This document shows, piece by piece, positions 27,597 through 38,133 of a stretch of 64,000 nucleotides of DNA. Source of the DNA: Escherichia phage PNJ-9; sequence record PQ100635.1. One strand, 5' to 3'. Below the pieces are notes generated by a model. It saw only the letters and a list, made by a program, of their open reading frames with translations. It was not told the DNA's origin and ran no database searches. Position 1 is the stretch's first letter, and the number at the start of each line of letters is the position of its first letter. A program made the translations under genes and the position numbers.

Positions 27597-27785
27597 ATGG
27601 AGTATTCAACCGGGCAACATCTTCTCGTTGTCCCTGAAATTAAAAAATATGTTTTGACCAATACGTTTTCAGGTGAAGAACATATTGTTACCGAACAAAT
27701 GCTCAAATCTGCTTTTAAAGATGAGTATAATAAAATAATGTCTAATCGCAATTCCGCATGGACAGTTACCGACTTCTACGAATAA
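27597..27785 (+). CDS. hypothetical protein (62 aa)
   Basis: ATG after GGAGA; alternative start 27585. Confidence 0.45.
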   Translation: MEYSTGQHLLVVPEIKKYVLTNTFSGEEHIVTEQMLKSAFKDEYNKIMSNRNSAWTVTDFYE

Positions 27786-27797
27786 GAGAGAAATAAT

Positions 27798-28214
27798 ATG
27801 TTTACTACTGCTAAAGGTTTCACTGCTGCTGATCTGAAAGTTACTTCTATCCGTACTGACGCTAACCCACATAACCATAATCGTGTTCGTAAAGCATGGG
27901 TCCTGCATTGTGATGACGCAAGTGCTAAAAAACTCCAATCTTTGCCACAAGAAACTCGTTTTATGATTTATGGTTTTATTGATAATGATGTATCTGATAT
28001 GTGGATTCATCTGATGCGTAAGCACTATAAAGATTCTATTGAAGCCGGCGGAAAAATCGTTCTTGATAAAGATGGTTCTGAACGTCTGGAAGATTTCTAT
28101 TGTGTTGATGCCGACGAACAACTAATTGCAGCTGGCGAAATTGTTGCTTCTAAAATTCCAGAATATATTGAATCACTGCCTGAAGCTATTAAAAAGCAAA
28201 TGGTTGCTGCATAA
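27798..28214 (+). CDS. rpbA: RNA polymerase-binding protein RpbA-like (138 aa)
   Basis: Position immediately upstream of gene 45 as in T4; assignment by synteny only. Confidence 0.5.
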   Translation: MFTTAKGFTAADLKVTSIRTDANPHNHNRVRKAWVLHCDDASAKKLQSLPQETRFMIYGFIDNDVSDMWIHLMRKHYKDSIEAGGKIVLDKDGSERLEDFYCVDADEQLIAAGEIVASKIPEYIESLPEAIKKQMVAA

Positions 28215-28254
28215 TAAATTTGTTAAACTTTGAATTGTCTTGAAAGGAAATAAA

Positions 28255-28941
28255 ATGAAACTGTCTAAAGATACTATCGCTATTCTGAAAAACTTTGCCT
28301 CTATTAACTCTGGCATTCTGCTGAGTCAAGGTAAATTTATTATGACTCGTGCAGTTAATGGTACCACTTATGCGGAAGCAAATATCTCTGATGAAATTGA
28401 TTTTGACGTAGCACTTTATGATTTGAATAGCTTCTTAAGCATTTTGAGTCTAGTGTCTGATGATGCTGAAATTTCAATGCACACCGATGGCAATATTAAA
28501 ATTGCAGATACACGTTCCACGGTTTATTGGCCTGCCGCTGACAAGAGCACCATTGTTTTTCCTAATAAGCCAATTCAATTCCCAGTGGCTTCTGTGATTA
28601 CTGAAATTAAAGCTGAAGACCTTCAACAATTGCTTCGAGTTTCACGTGGTCTTCAGATTGATACAATTGCTATTACAAATAAAGATGGTAAAATTGTTAT
28701 CAATGGCTATAATAAAGTTGAAGATTCCGGACTAACTCGTCCTAAGTATTCTTTGACTCTTACCGATTATGATGGTTCTAACAACTTTAACTTCGTAATC
28801 AATATGGCTAATATGAAAATTCAGCCGGGTAATTATAAAGTAATGTTGTGGGGAGCTGGTGATAAAGTTGCAGCCAAGTTTGAAAGCCCTCAAGTAAGTT
28901 ATGTTATTGCGATGGAAGCCGATTCTACTCACGACTTCTAA
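28255..28941 (+). CDS. 45: sliding clamp gp45
   Basis: 228 aa from ATG after GAAAGGAAA RBS; MKLSKDT...NFASINSGI matches T4 gp45 from memory. Confidence 0.9.
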   Translation: MKLSKDTIAILKNFASINSGILLSQGKFIMTRAVNGTTYAEANISDEIDFDVALYDLNSFLSILSLVSDDAEISMHTDGNIKIADTRSTVYWPAADKSTIVFPNKPIQFPVASVITEIKAEDLQQLLRVSRGLQIDTIAITNKDGKIVINGYNKVEDSGLTRPKYSLTLTDYDGSNNFNFVINMANMKIQPGNYKVMLWGAGDKVAAKFESPQVSYVIAMEADSTHDF

Positions 28942-29016
28942 GTCAAAGCTTTACGTTTATTGTGATACGATTATGGAGGAGAAATCCTCCAGTTTAATGA
29001 TAATGAGGAAAATTAC

Positions 29017-29979
29017 ATGATTACTATCAATCCCAAAGAACACATTCTAGAACAGAAATATCGTCCTTCTTCCATTGACGAATGTATTCTGCCTGCGTAT
29101 GACCATGAAACATTCAAGTCTTTAGTATCTAAAGGAAAACTTCCTCATATTATTTTGCACTCTCCTTCTCCTGGTACAGGTAAAACAACTGTAGCAAAAG
29201 CATTATGTAATGATATCAACGCTGAAATGATGTTCGTCAACGGTTCCGATTGTAAAATTGATTTTGTACGCGGTCCGTTAACCGCATTCGCTCGTTCAGT
29301 CTCAATGGAAGGCAAGCCTAAAGTTATTGTTATTGATGAATTTGACCGTAGTGGTCTCGCCGAATCACAACGTCACCTTCGTACGTTTATGGAAGAATTC
29401 TCTAGTAACTGTTCTATTATTATTACTGCTAACAACATCGATGGAATTATTGAACCATTACGTAGTCGTTGTCGAGTTATCGAATTCGGACGTCCAACCG
29501 AAGAAGATAAAATCTCGATGATGAAGAAAATGATTCATCGTATGGTTGAAATCTGTAAGAACGAAAATATCGAAATCGCTGATATGAAAGTTGTTGCAGC
29601 TCTGGTTAAAAAGAACTTCCCGGACTTTCGTCGTACAATTGGTCAATTAGACCAGTACTCGTCTAAAGGTGTTCTTGATGCGGGTATTTTGTCTATCGTA
29701 ACTAATGACCGTGGCACAGTCTCTGATGTTATTGAAGCAATGAAGAACAAAGATATCAAACAGCTTCGTGCATTAGCTCCAAAATATGCTGCTGATTATT
29801 CATGGTTCATCGATAAATTAGTTTCAGAATGTTATGACCAAGTTGCACCTGGTAAAAGTATTATTTCGCTTTATGAAATTGCAGGCGAAAACAATAAGTT
29901 TCATGGATTAGCAAGTAATATTGAATTACATGTTATGTATATGCTTCTTCAACTGACCTGCGAACTGACTTGGAAATAA
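29017..29979 (+). CDS. 44: clamp loader large subunit gp44 (AAA+)
   Basis: 320 aa; Walker [11 protein letters not shown], Walker B VIVIDEFD. Confidence 0.9.
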   Translation: MITINPKEHILEQKYRPSSIDECILPAYDHETFKSLVSKGKLPHIILHSPSPGTGKTTVAKALCNDINAEMMFVNGSDCKIDFVRGPLTAFARSVSMEGKPKVIVIDEFDRSGLAESQRHLRTFMEEFSSNCSIIITANNIDGIIEPLRSRCRVIEFGRPTEEDKISMMKKMIHRMVEICKNENIEIADMKVVAALVKKNFPDFRRTIGQLDQYSSKGVLDAGILSIVTNDRGTVSDVIEAMKNKDIKQLRALAPKYAADYSWFIDKLVSECYDQVAPGKSIISLYEIAGENNKFHGLASNIELHVMYMLLQLTCELTWK

Positions 29980-29980
29980 T

Positions 29981-30544
29981 ATGAACTTATTCGATGATGA
30001 CGTCCGGCTTAACGAGCACCAAATTGCATGGAAGTCTAATGACGCTGATGCGATTCAAAAATGTGCTGATATGTTTAAAGAAAAACCTGAGAATGAATTC
30101 TTTAAAATCATTAATGCTATTAATGAAAAGAAATCTATGTCAATTGCTCAGGTCGACTACTCAAAATTTATGGTTGAGAACTCATTATCCCAGTTCCCAG
30201 AATGTATGCCAGCTGTTTACATGATGAACTTAGTCGGTTCTGAATTAAGTGATGAAGCGCACTTCAACTATATGATGGCGGCAATTCCGCGTGGTCGTCG
30301 ATTCTCTAAATGGGCTAAACTAGTCGAAGACACTTCAGAGTTACTAGTTATCAAACTGTTGATGAAACATTACACAATCAACATGAATGATGCTACTGAG
30401 TATAAGCGGCTCCTTGAAAAAAATAACAAGTTGCCAATAGTCCTTAAAGAACTGAAGGCCATGGTCACTGATGAGTTTCTCAAAGAAGTTACAAAAAATG
30501 TGAAAGAACAAAAACAATTTAAAAAATTAGCATTGGAATGGTAA
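29981..30544 (+). CDS. 62: clamp loader small subunit gp62
   Basis: 187 aa; position between 44 and regA as in T4. Confidence 0.8.
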   Translation: MNLFDDDVRLNEHQIAWKSNDADAIQKCADMFKEKPENEFFKIINAINEKKSMSIAQVDYSKFMVENSLSQFPECMPAVYMMNLVGSELSDEAHFNYMMAAIPRGRRFSKWAKLVEDTSELLVIKLLMKHYTINMNDATEYKRLLEKNNKLPIVLKELKAMVTDEFLKEVTKNVKEQKQFKKLALEW

Positions 30545-30546
30545 AA

Positions 30547-30915
30547 ATGATTGAAATTAAATTGAAGAACCCTGAAGATTTTCTGAAAGTCAAAGAGACT
30601 TTGACCCGTATGGGCATCGCTAATAACAAGGATAAAGTCCTTTACCAGTCTTGTCATATCCTCCAAAAGCAGGGTAAATATTACATCGTCCACTTTAAAG
30701 AAATGTTGCGTATGGACGGACGTCAGGTTGATATTGATGGTGAAGACTATCAGCGACGTGATTCGATTGCTCAGTTGCTTGAAGACTGGGGATTGATTGT
30801 TATTGAAGACTCTGCTCGTGAAGATCTGTTTGGCCTGACTAATAACTTCCGTGTTATCTCTTTTAAACAGAAAGATGACTGGACTTTGAAAGCAAAATAT
30901 ACAATTGGTAATTAA
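30547..30915 (+). CDS. regA: translational repressor RegA
   Basis: 122 aa; MIEIKLKNPEDFLKVKETLTRMGIANNKDKVLYQSCHILQK matches T4 RegA from memory. Confidence 0.85.
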   Translation: MIEIKLKNPEDFLKVKETLTRMGIANNKDKVLYQSCHILQKQGKYYIVHFKEMLRMDGRQVDIDGEDYQRRDSIAQLLEDWGLIVIEDSAREDLFGLTNNFRVISFKQKDDWTLKAKYTIGN

Positions 30916-30920
30916 AGCAA

Positions 30921-30949
30921 TGGGACTTCGGTCCCATTTGGAGTATAAT
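30921..30949 (+). promoter_or_regulatory. TTCG-tetraloop hairpin plus TATAAT upstream of gene 43 (terminator and/or gene-43 control region)
   Basis: TGGGAC-TTCG-GTCCCA then TTTGGAGTATAAT. Confidence 0.4.
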
Positions 30950-30996
30950 AAGTTCATCAACAAACAAAAGACAATAACTCGTCTAAAGGAAATTAA

Positions 30997-33708
30997 ATGA
31001 AAGAATTTTACTTAACGGTTGAACAGATTGGTGATTCAATTTTTGAACGTTACATCGATTCTAACGGCCGTGAACGTACTCGTGAAGTAGAATATAAACC
31101 ATCACTGTTTGCTCATTGTCCAGAAAGTCAGGCCACGAAATATTTTGATATCTATGGTAAGCCGTGCACTCGTAAGTTGTTCGCTAATATGCGTGATGCC
31201 TCCCAATGGATTAAACGCATGGAAGATATCGGACTTGAAGCACTTGGCATGGACGATTTCAAATTGGCGTATTTGTCTGACACTTATAACTATGAAATCA
31301 AATACGACCATACAAAAATTCGTGTGGCTAACTTCGACATCGAAGTAACATCTCCGGACGGGTTCCCTGAGCCGTCACAAGCAAAACATCCGATTGATGC
31401 TATCACCCATTATGACTCAATTGATGACAGGTTTTATGTATTTGACCTTTTGAATTCTCCATATGGTAATGTAGAAGAATGGTCTATTGAAATCGCTGCT
31501 AAGCTTCAAGAACAAGGCGGTGATGAAGTTCCATCCGAAATTATCGATAAAATCATTTATATGCCGTTCGATAACGAAAAAGAATTGTTGATGGAATATC
31601 TCAACTTCTGGCAGCAGAAAACTCCTGTCATTTTGACTGGATGGAACGTTGAGTCATTTGATATTCCATATGTGTATAACCGAATCAAGAATATTTTTGG
31701 CGAATCTACTGCGAAACGTTTATCACCACATCGCAAGACTCGTGTTAAAGTTATCGAAAACATGTATGGTTCTCGTGAAATCATTACATTGTTCGGTATC
31801 TCTGTTCTTGATTACATTGACCTTTACAAAAAATTCTCTTTTACCAATCAACCATCGTATTCTCTGGATTATATTTCAGAATTTGAATTGAACGTTGGTA
31901 AACTGAAATATGACGGCCCTATTTCTAAGCTTCGTGAAAGCAATCATCAACGATATATTTCTTATAACATCATCGACGTATATCGGGTATTGCAAATTGA
32001 TGCTAAACGTCAGTTCATCAACTTGAGTTTAGACATGGGTTATTATGCTAAGATACAGATTCAATCTGTGTTTAGCCCAATTAAAACATGGGATGCTATT
32101 ATTTTTAATAGCCTTAAAGAGCAGAACAAGGTGATTCCACAAGGTCGTTCTCATCCGGTTCAACCTTATCCCGGCGCTTTTGTTAAGGAACCTATTCCAA
32201 ATCGATACAAATATGTAATGAGTTTCGACCTTACATCTCTGTATCCAAGTATTATTCGCCAAGTGAATATTAGCCCAGAAACAATAGCAGGAACGTTTAA
32301 AGTAGCTCCATTGCATGATTATATTAACGCTGTTGCTGAACGTCCTTCTGATGTGTACAGTTGTTCTCCTAACGGCATGATGTATTATAAAGACCGTGAC
32401 GGTGTTGTTCCAACTGAAATCACTAAAGTCTTTAATCAACGTAAAGAACATAAAGGTTACATGCTTGCAGCTCAACGTAACGGTGAAATAATTAAAGAGG
32501 CATTGCATAATCCTAATCTTTCTGTTGATGAACCATTAGATGTTGATTATCGTTTCGACTTCAGTGATGAGATTAAAGAAAAGATTAAAAAGTTGTCTGC
32601 TAAATCTCTTAATGAAATGTTGTTTAGAGCTCAACGTACTGAAGTTGCAGGTATGACTGCCCAAATTAACCGTAAATTGCTTATCAACTCACTTTATGGT
32701 GCGCTTGGCAACGTTTGGTTCCGTTATTATGATTTGCGTAATGCTACTGCAATCACAACATTTGGTCAAATGGCTTTACAGTGGATTGAACGTAAAGTTA
32801 ATGAATATCTGAATGAAGTTTGTGGTACAGAAGGTGAAGCTTTCGTTCTTTATGGTGATACAGACTCTATTTACGTATCTGCTGATAAAATTATCGATAA
32901 GGTTGGTGAATCTAAATTCCGTGATACCAACCATTGGGTAGACTTCTTAGATAAGTTTGCACGTGAACGTATGGAACCAGCTATTGATAGGGGTTTCCGT
33001 GAAATGTGTGAATACATGAACAATAAACAACACTTAATGTTCATGGACCGAGAAGCTATCGCTGGGCCTCCACTCGGTTCTAAAGGTATTGGTGGATTCT
33101 GGACTGGTAAGAAACGTTATGCATTAAACGTGTGGGATATGGAAGGTACTCGTTACGCTGAGCCTAAACTCAAAATTATGGGTCTAGAGACTCAGAAATC
33201 TTCGACTCCTAAAGCAGTACAGAAAGCTCTTAAAGAATGTATTCGTCGTATGCTTCAAGAAGGTGAAGAATCATTACAAGAATATTTTAAAGAGTTTGAA
33301 AAAGAATTCCGTCAATTGAATTATATTAGCATCGCGTCGGTATCTTCTGCGAATAACATTGCTAAATATGATGTAGGTGGATTCCCTGGTCCCAAATGCC
33401 CGTTCCATATTCGTGGAATTCTGACGTATAACCGGGCTATCAAAGGTAATATCGATGCACCGCAAGTTGTAGAAGGTGAAAAAGTATATGTTCTGCCTTT
33501 ACGTGAAGGAAACCCATTCGGTGATAAATGTATCGCATGGCCTTCTGGTACTGAAATCACAGATTTAATTAAAGACGACGTACTTCATTGGATGGACTAC
33601 ACTGTTCTCCTTGAGAAGACATTTATTAAACCACTTGAAGGATTCACATCAGCAGCGAAACTCGATTACGAGAAGAAAGCATCTCTTTTCGATATGTTCG
33701 ATTTTTGA
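30997..33708 (+). CDS. 43: DNA polymerase gp43 (family B)
   Basis: 903 aa; exonuclease and polymerase motifs (FDIE, YGDTDS); sequence matches RB69 gp43 as I recall it. Confidence 0.95.
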   Translation: MKEFYLTVEQIGDSIFERYIDSNGRERTREVEYKPSLFAHCPESQATKYFDIYGKPCTRKLFANMRDASQWIKRMEDIGLEALGMDDFKLAYLSDTYNYEIKYDHTKIRVANFDIEVTSPDGFPEPSQAKHPIDAITHYDSIDDRFYVFDLLNSPYGNVEEWSIEIAAKLQEQGGDEVPSEIIDKIIYMPFDNEKELLMEYLNFWQQKTPVILTGWNVESFDIPYVYNRIKNIFGESTAKRLSPHRKTRVKVIENMYGSREIITLFGISVLDYIDLYKKFSFTNQPSYSLDYISEFELNVGKLKYDGPISKLRESNHQRYISYNIIDVYRVLQIDAKRQFINLSLDMGYYAKIQIQSVFSPIKTWDAIIFNSLKEQNKVIPQGRSHPVQPYPGAFVKEPIPNRYKYVMSFDLTSLYPSIIRQVNISPETIAGTFKVAPLHDYINAVAERPSDVYSCSPNGMMYYKDRDGVVPTEITKVFNQRKEHKGYMLAAQRNGEIIKEALHNPNLSVDEPLDVDYRFDFSDEIKEKIKKLSAKSLNEMLFRAQRTEVAGMTAQINRKLLINSLYGALGNVWFRYYDLRNATAITTFGQMALQWIERKVNEYLNEVCGTEGEAFVLYGDTDSIYVSADKIIDKVGESKFRDTNHWVDFLDKFARERMEPAIDRGFREMCEYMNNKQHLMFMDREAIAGPPLGSKGIGGFWTGKKRYALNVWDMEGTRYAEPKLKIMGLETQKSSTPKAVQKALKECIRRMLQEGEESLQEYFKEFEKEFRQLNYISIASVSSANNIAKYDVGGFPGPKCPFHIRGILTYNRAIKGNIDAPQVVEGEKVYVLPLREGNPFGDKCIAWPSGTEITDLIKDDVLHWMDYTVLLEKTFIKPLEGFTSAAKLDYEKKASLFDMFDF

Positions 33709-33714
33709 TATAAT
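33686..33714 (+). promoter_or_regulatory. extended -10 promoter candidate (TGATATAAT) overlapping gene 43 stop
   Basis: TG-n-TATAAT read directly; weak -35. Confidence 0.3.
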
Positions 33715-33748
33715 GTCATGGACGGTAAACTAATTAAACGAGAGAAAT

Positions 33749-34384
33749 ATGAAAACTACTCCTATTACTATCGCTATTGACGCAATCATAAAACAATCTT
33801 CTTCTTTGGCCGCTATGGCCAAAGTAATTAGTCAAAACCCTGCTCGTTATAATGCTATTCTAGAAACTCTTCGACGCCCGGGACTTAGTAATTATGAAAG
33901 CCGAGTAATTATTACAGGTGTTGGTAAGAATGCTAATATTGCAACTAAAGCTTCTGAGACATTTGCTTCACTCGGTATCCCGAGTATGTACTTGAACACT
34001 GGGCATTATTCTCACGGTGATGCAGGATTCATTGCGCCTAATGATGTGTTGATTCATATTAGTCGTTCTGGTAAAACTGAAGAAATGATAGGCGTGGCTA
34101 AGCATCTTAAAATGATTCGTCCGAACGTCAAACAGATTCTGTTGCATTGTAACCCAGACATTCCACAAGAATACGAAGCTCTTTTTGATTATACGTTCTG
34201 TACAGGCATCGCAGTAGAGGTTGATGAGAATTCTCTGGCTCCGACCATGTCCACTACATTGTTGTTAGCGCTTATCGATACGTTTGCTATCAACCTTTCG
34301 TCTGAACGTGGATTTACCTCTAATGACTTCCTTAAGTTCCACCCTGGCGGTGCACTAGGTGCCATGTTACGAGGCGAACAATGA
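33749..34384 (+). CDS. SIS-domain sugar-phosphate isomerase (arabinose-5-P isomerase / phosphoheptose isomerase-like)
   Basis: 211 aa; RVIITGVGKNANIATK...HISRSGKTEE typical SIS motifs; GAGAGAAAT RBS. Confidence 0.7.
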   Translation: MKTTPITIAIDAIIKQSSSLAAMAKVISQNPARYNAILETLRRPGLSNYESRVIITGVGKNANIATKASETFASLGIPSMYLNTGHYSHGDAGFIAPNDVLIHISRSGKTEEMIGVAKHLKMIRPNVKQILLHCNPDIPQEYEALFDYTFCTGIAVEVDENSLAPTMSTTLLLALIDTFAINLSSERGFTSNDFLKFHPGGALGAMLRGEQ

Positions 34385-34524
34385 AAGCAATAACAATAGG
34401 ACTTTTACTATTGATGCTTGTCATGACTATCTACTGGAGCTTAACGGCTCCAGTAATGATTCCGACTCTTATAATCGGATGGATTATGATTGGACTACAA
34501 GCAAAGTATGAATGCTTTAACTAG
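34381..34524 (+). CDS. small hydrophobic membrane protein (47 aa), below track threshold
   Basis: ATGA-coupled to SIS gene, GAGG RBS; two predicted TM helices. Confidence 0.4.
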   Translation: MKAITIGLLLLMLVMTIYWSLTAPVMIPTLIIGWIMIGLQAKYECFN

Positions 34525-34565
34525 AATAGTGTACAATACTCCTACTTACCAATGAGGACCACAAC

Positions 34566-36254
34566 ATGAAAAAAGCTGTTATTCTTGGTGCTGGACTGGC
34601 AACTCGTTTGTATCCAATAACGCATCATATTCCTAAGGTGCTTGTTAACTATAAACAAGACACTATTCTGAGCAATTTGTATACAATTTATTCTGACCTT
34701 GGCGCAGATGAAATTATTGTAGTAGTTCATTCAAAATTTGCTGAAACTGTTCGAGCTTATTGTGAGCAAGAAGGGTTCAATGTGACTATTCGTACAGTTG
34801 ATGAAGCGTATGGTTCTGCTTATGCTCTTGCTAAATTGCACAAAGATTTAGACGGCCATAATGTAATTGTTAACTGGTGTGATATTATTCCTGATTTTGG
34901 TTCGTGGTCTTGGAATGTTAACGCAATCTATGTTAAGGGTGACGAATGTCGATATAATTTCGACGGTGAAAATATCACTAATGTAGGTTCAACAGGTGGT
35001 AATGTTGTAGGAATTTATCAGTTCAAAGACTGGGAATTCTATATGGGTTCTACTGATGAGGAAATTCATGAATACTGCAAAGGACGTGATTTCGTAGAAT
35101 TCCTTTACGGCAGCGCATTCAATAAATCAGAGCTTATGAATATCATCGACCTTGGTGATATGCCTAAACTTGAAAAAGCTCATGAAGTTCGTGAACTTAA
35201 TCGTAGTTTTAATGCAGTTGAAATTGGCGAAGAAACGGTAACAAAGATTGCTTTAACAGAACAGGGCGTTGCACTTCAAAAAGATGAAGTCAATTGGTAT
35301 AAGAAAGTTAAATCAGATTCAGTTCCACGGATTGTAAGTTATCATCCTGGCGGCCACTTTATTATGGAACGTATTAAAGGTAAGCCAGCATTTGAATATA
35401 TTAAATCCAAATCAAGTCTTGCTCGTCCACAAATTGTTGATGCAATTTTAGATGCACTGAAATTCAGCACAGACACTTATTTTGTAAGTCCTGAAACTGT
35501 TCGTCGTGATTTCACTAAAGAATTCTATACTAAAGTTATTGATCGTTGTGAAAGTATTCAACCATTGATTGATTCATTTGGTAAAATCACACATGTGAAC
35601 TACACTAAGATTGGGCGTCTGAAGCCAATGTTGAAACAAGCTTTAGAACACCTTATTCGTTATCATAACCGTTCTCAGGGACAGTACTCTGTTATTCATG
35701 GTGACCCGAACTTCAGTAATACTATGATTACTGATAATGGTGAAGTCAAGTTTATCGACCCTCGTGGATATTTTGGTGAAACCAAGATTTATGGGCCAAA
35801 ATTGTATGATGAAGCTAAAGTGCTTTACGCTGTTTCAGGTTATGATGAATTCAACGCTAATCCGACTTGGGGACAGTTTACTATTGATGAAACAACTTGT
35901 AATGTGACTATTAACATCAATCCGTTAGTTTACAAATATGGAAAGATGAGTTCGTTTAATGAGTATCATCATTTGGCTGTAGCAATTATCTGGATTGCAT
36001 TAGGTGGTTATTTCAAGAATAATCCACTTAAAGCGGTAGCCGCATATTATAAAGGTATGGAACTTCTGACTAAGCAATTACGTAATATGGGCCGTGTACT
36101 TCAAGACGGCTCTATTAGTTATGATGTAGCAGAACCTGTAACGGCTACTCTGATTACAAAAAATCCTGGTAAATGGGTACTAACTGATAAAGAAACTGGT
36201 GTTTCTTATCGTCCAATCGGTGGCGATATCACTCATCAATGGGAACGAATCTAA
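34566..36254 (+). CDS. bifunctional sugar-1-phosphate nucleotidyltransferase / kinase-fold protein
   Basis: 562 aa; N-terminal ILGAGLATRLYPIT..PK motif; C-terminal HGDPNFSN...IDPRG aminoglycoside-phosphotransferase-like kinase motif. Confidence 0.7.
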   Translation: MKKAVILGAGLATRLYPITHHIPKVLVNYKQDTILSNLYTIYSDLGADEIIVVVHSKFAETVRAYCEQEGFNVTIRTVDEAYGSAYALAKLHKDLDGHNVIVNWCDIIPDFGSWSWNVNAIYVKGDECRYNFDGENITNVGSTGGNVVGIYQFKDWEFYMGSTDEEIHEYCKGRDFVEFLYGSAFNKSELMNIIDLGDMPKLEKAHEVRELNRSFNAVEIGEETVTKIALTEQGVALQKDEVNWYKKVKSDSVPRIVSYHPGGHFIMERIKGKPAFEYIKSKSSLARPQIVDAILDALKFSTDTYFVSPETVRRDFTKEFYTKVIDRCESIQPLIDSFGKITHVNYTKIGRLKPMLKQALEHLIRYHNRSQGQYSVIHGDPNFSNTMITDNGEVKFIDPRGYFGETKIYGPKLYDEAKVLYAVSGYDEFNANPTWGQFTIDETTCNVTININPLVYKYGKMSSFNEYHHLAVAIIWIALGGYFKNNPLKAVAAYYKGMELLTKQLRNMGRVLQDGSISYDVAEPVTATLITKNPGKWVLTDKETGVSYRPIGGDITHQWERI

Positions 36255-36640
36255 TGCACCGTGTAAAAAACATGCTTAATCTTTGTTTTGATGTCGATGA
36301 TTGCATCACGGAATGGAATAACAATCGTGATTACGTGAACTTCAAACCAGACGTCGAAATGGTGTCTGCCATTAATGCCCTATATGATGCAGGGCATACA
36401 ATAACGCTTTACACTGCTCGCGGTATGAAGTCAGTCGGTCCTGGTCGTATAGCAATTGACATTCTCCCAAGTCTGATTCAGAACTTGGCAAACATTGGAT
36501 TGAAGTACCATAATTTGCTAACACATAAACCAGTATATGATTGGATTATCGACGACAAAGCTATGCGTCCTGACGAATTCAAAGCTCTTATGAATAAAGG
36601 CGAATTCGAAACATTTAAATCATATAAACCGAATCTATAA
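36254..36640 (+). CDS. HAD-superfamily phosphatase-like protein
   Basis: 128 aa from ATG in TAATG overlap; FDVDDCIT motif I-like; track ORF begins 36239. Confidence 0.6.
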   Translation: MHRVKNMLNLCFDVDDCITEWNNNRDYVNFKPDVEMVSAINALYDAGHTITLYTARGMKSVGPGRIAIDILPSLIQNLANIGLKYHNLLTHKPVYDWIIDDKAMRPDEFKALMNKGEFETFKSYKPNL

Positions 36641-36694
36641 TAATTTAAGTAAGACCTGCAAAAACCATCGCAACAATTAACGCGAGATGCAAAA

Positions 36695-37855
36695 ATGAAT
36701 ACCTTTAAAATCGGAACGAATTTTGATTTAGCTCTTCTTGATAAAATCGTAGAGCTCAATAAAACTTATCCTAATAGCTTGATAAACGAAGTATACGGCT
36801 CTACCAGAGAAATGGCTTTTGTAGCAGCCAGACCTGATTTTAGGCTTCCTGACGTTGACAAAAAGATGTTAGAAGATTACGTTAAACGTTGTAACGAATT
36901 AGGTATTTGCTTTAACTATACACTCAACACGATAAATCCTGGTTCAAAAAGAGAACTAGTTGAGTGGAAGAAGAAAGCTATTCAGGATTATGTTCAGTAT
37001 CTTTGGTCAATAGGCGTATGGCGTATTACTATCGCTAACCCTGTTGTTATGGAAATTGTTCGTGAAGTCAATAAAGACATTGAGATTGAAGTTTCAACAA
37101 TTCTACATGTCGATGCTGTAACTCAAATCAAATACTTGCATGACCAATATAATATCAAAAAGGTCTGCTGTGGAATTCATAAGAACCGTTCAGTTTCTTT
37201 CCTGAAGCGTGCAGCAGAGTTTTGTAATAAGAACAATATAATATTTGAAGTTCTTGTAAATGAGTTCTGTTCTAATGCTGGTAAAGGGTATACAACACAT
37301 TGTAGCTATCGTGACTCTTGCTATATTTTCCATAGCACCGATGTTACAGTAGATGATGCTAAATCCTTAAACGGATATCCAATGCAGCACTGTATTAAAG
37401 CTCGTGATACAGACCCATTTAACTGGTTGAGAACTCGTTTTGTTCGTCCTCAAGATTTGAAACTTTATAATGATATTGGTATCACTCAATTCAAAGTTTC
37501 AGGACGTACAGGTAGCACAGACTACATTTTGAAAGTTCTTGAAGCTTATGCTTCCGAAAAATTTGAAGGTAATTTGTTGGAATTGTGGAAGCCTTTAGAG
37601 ACCATTTTCACTCTTGAAAATGAGACCGAGTTTTCACATACGGTAAATATTGAAACCTCTTTGTTAGATGGCTTTTTAGAAAAAAGGTGGTTCAGACATC
37701 CAGATTTCGATTGTGCTAATGAAATCTGCGGGACGACGTGTACATATTGTGAAAGATATTATAAACGTCAATTATCTAAAAACGGGTTAGCAGAAAACTC
37801 TATATCTATTATTGATATAACTAACTCTGATGACGCTTTGAGGTACCCGGAATGA
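36695..37855 (+). CDS. TIM-barrel-like protein with C-terminal Cys cluster (possible peptidase-U32-family Fe-S enzyme)
   Basis: 386 aa; CANEICGTTCTYC (C-x4-C-x3-C-x2-C); loose resemblance to U32 family; function unassigned. Confidence 0.55.
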   Translation: MNTFKIGTNFDLALLDKIVELNKTYPNSLINEVYGSTREMAFVAARPDFRLPDVDKKMLEDYVKRCNELGICFNYTLNTINPGSKRELVEWKKKAIQDYVQYLWSIGVWRITIANPVVMEIVREVNKDIEIEVSTILHVDAVTQIKYLHDQYNIKKVCCGIHKNRSVSFLKRAAEFCNKNNIIFEVLVNEFCSNAGKGYTTHCSYRDSCYIFHSTDVTVDDAKSLNGYPMQHCIKARDTDPFNWLRTRFVRPQDLKLYNDIGITQFKVSGRTGSTDYILKVLEAYASEKFEGNLLELWKPLETIFTLENETEFSHTVNIETSLLDGFLEKRWFRHPDFDCANEICGTTCTYCERYYKRQLSKNGLAENSISIIDITNSDDALRYPE

Positions 37856-37936
37856 TTTCTAGAAAAACTTTTAACCACCAACTTAACGAAGAGATTTTGA
37901 CTATGAAAATTAACAGCAACGAACAAATTCTTAAAA

Positions 37937-37956
37937 AGGCCCTGATGGGCCTTTTT
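37937..37956 (+). terminator. rho-independent terminator
   Basis: AGGCCC-TGAT-GGGCCT stem-loop followed by TTTTT. Confidence 0.65.
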
Positions 37957-38091
37957 AAAACTAAAGCGGCTAAAGTGATTAAAGAACCTGTTTAATTGGA
38001 ATACTACGCTGATGCATTTCTTCATAGTGTTCTTGGAAGTATCGATGCTGAAGCTTTACGTTATATCAACATTGTCAAGAAATTCAAATAA

Positions 38092-38114
38092 GCTTTACGA
38101 ATTGAGTATATAAT
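38092..38114 (+). promoter_or_regulatory. middle promoter candidate (GCTTTA box, 11 bp, TATAAT) upstream of gene 42
   Basis: Read directly. Confidence 0.45.
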
Positions 38115-38133
38115 AAATTGTATTGAGGTAAAC

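Noticed and set aside
31109-31891. Alternative-frame ORFs inside DNA polymerase gene 43
   Set aside because: Embedded in a gene whose frame is confirmed by strong conserved motifs.
37852-37995. 47-codon + strand ORF downstream of the Cys-cluster gene
   Set aside because: It contains a strong rho-independent terminator hairpin (37937-37956) in its middle and has no RBS; more likely untranslated 3' region.
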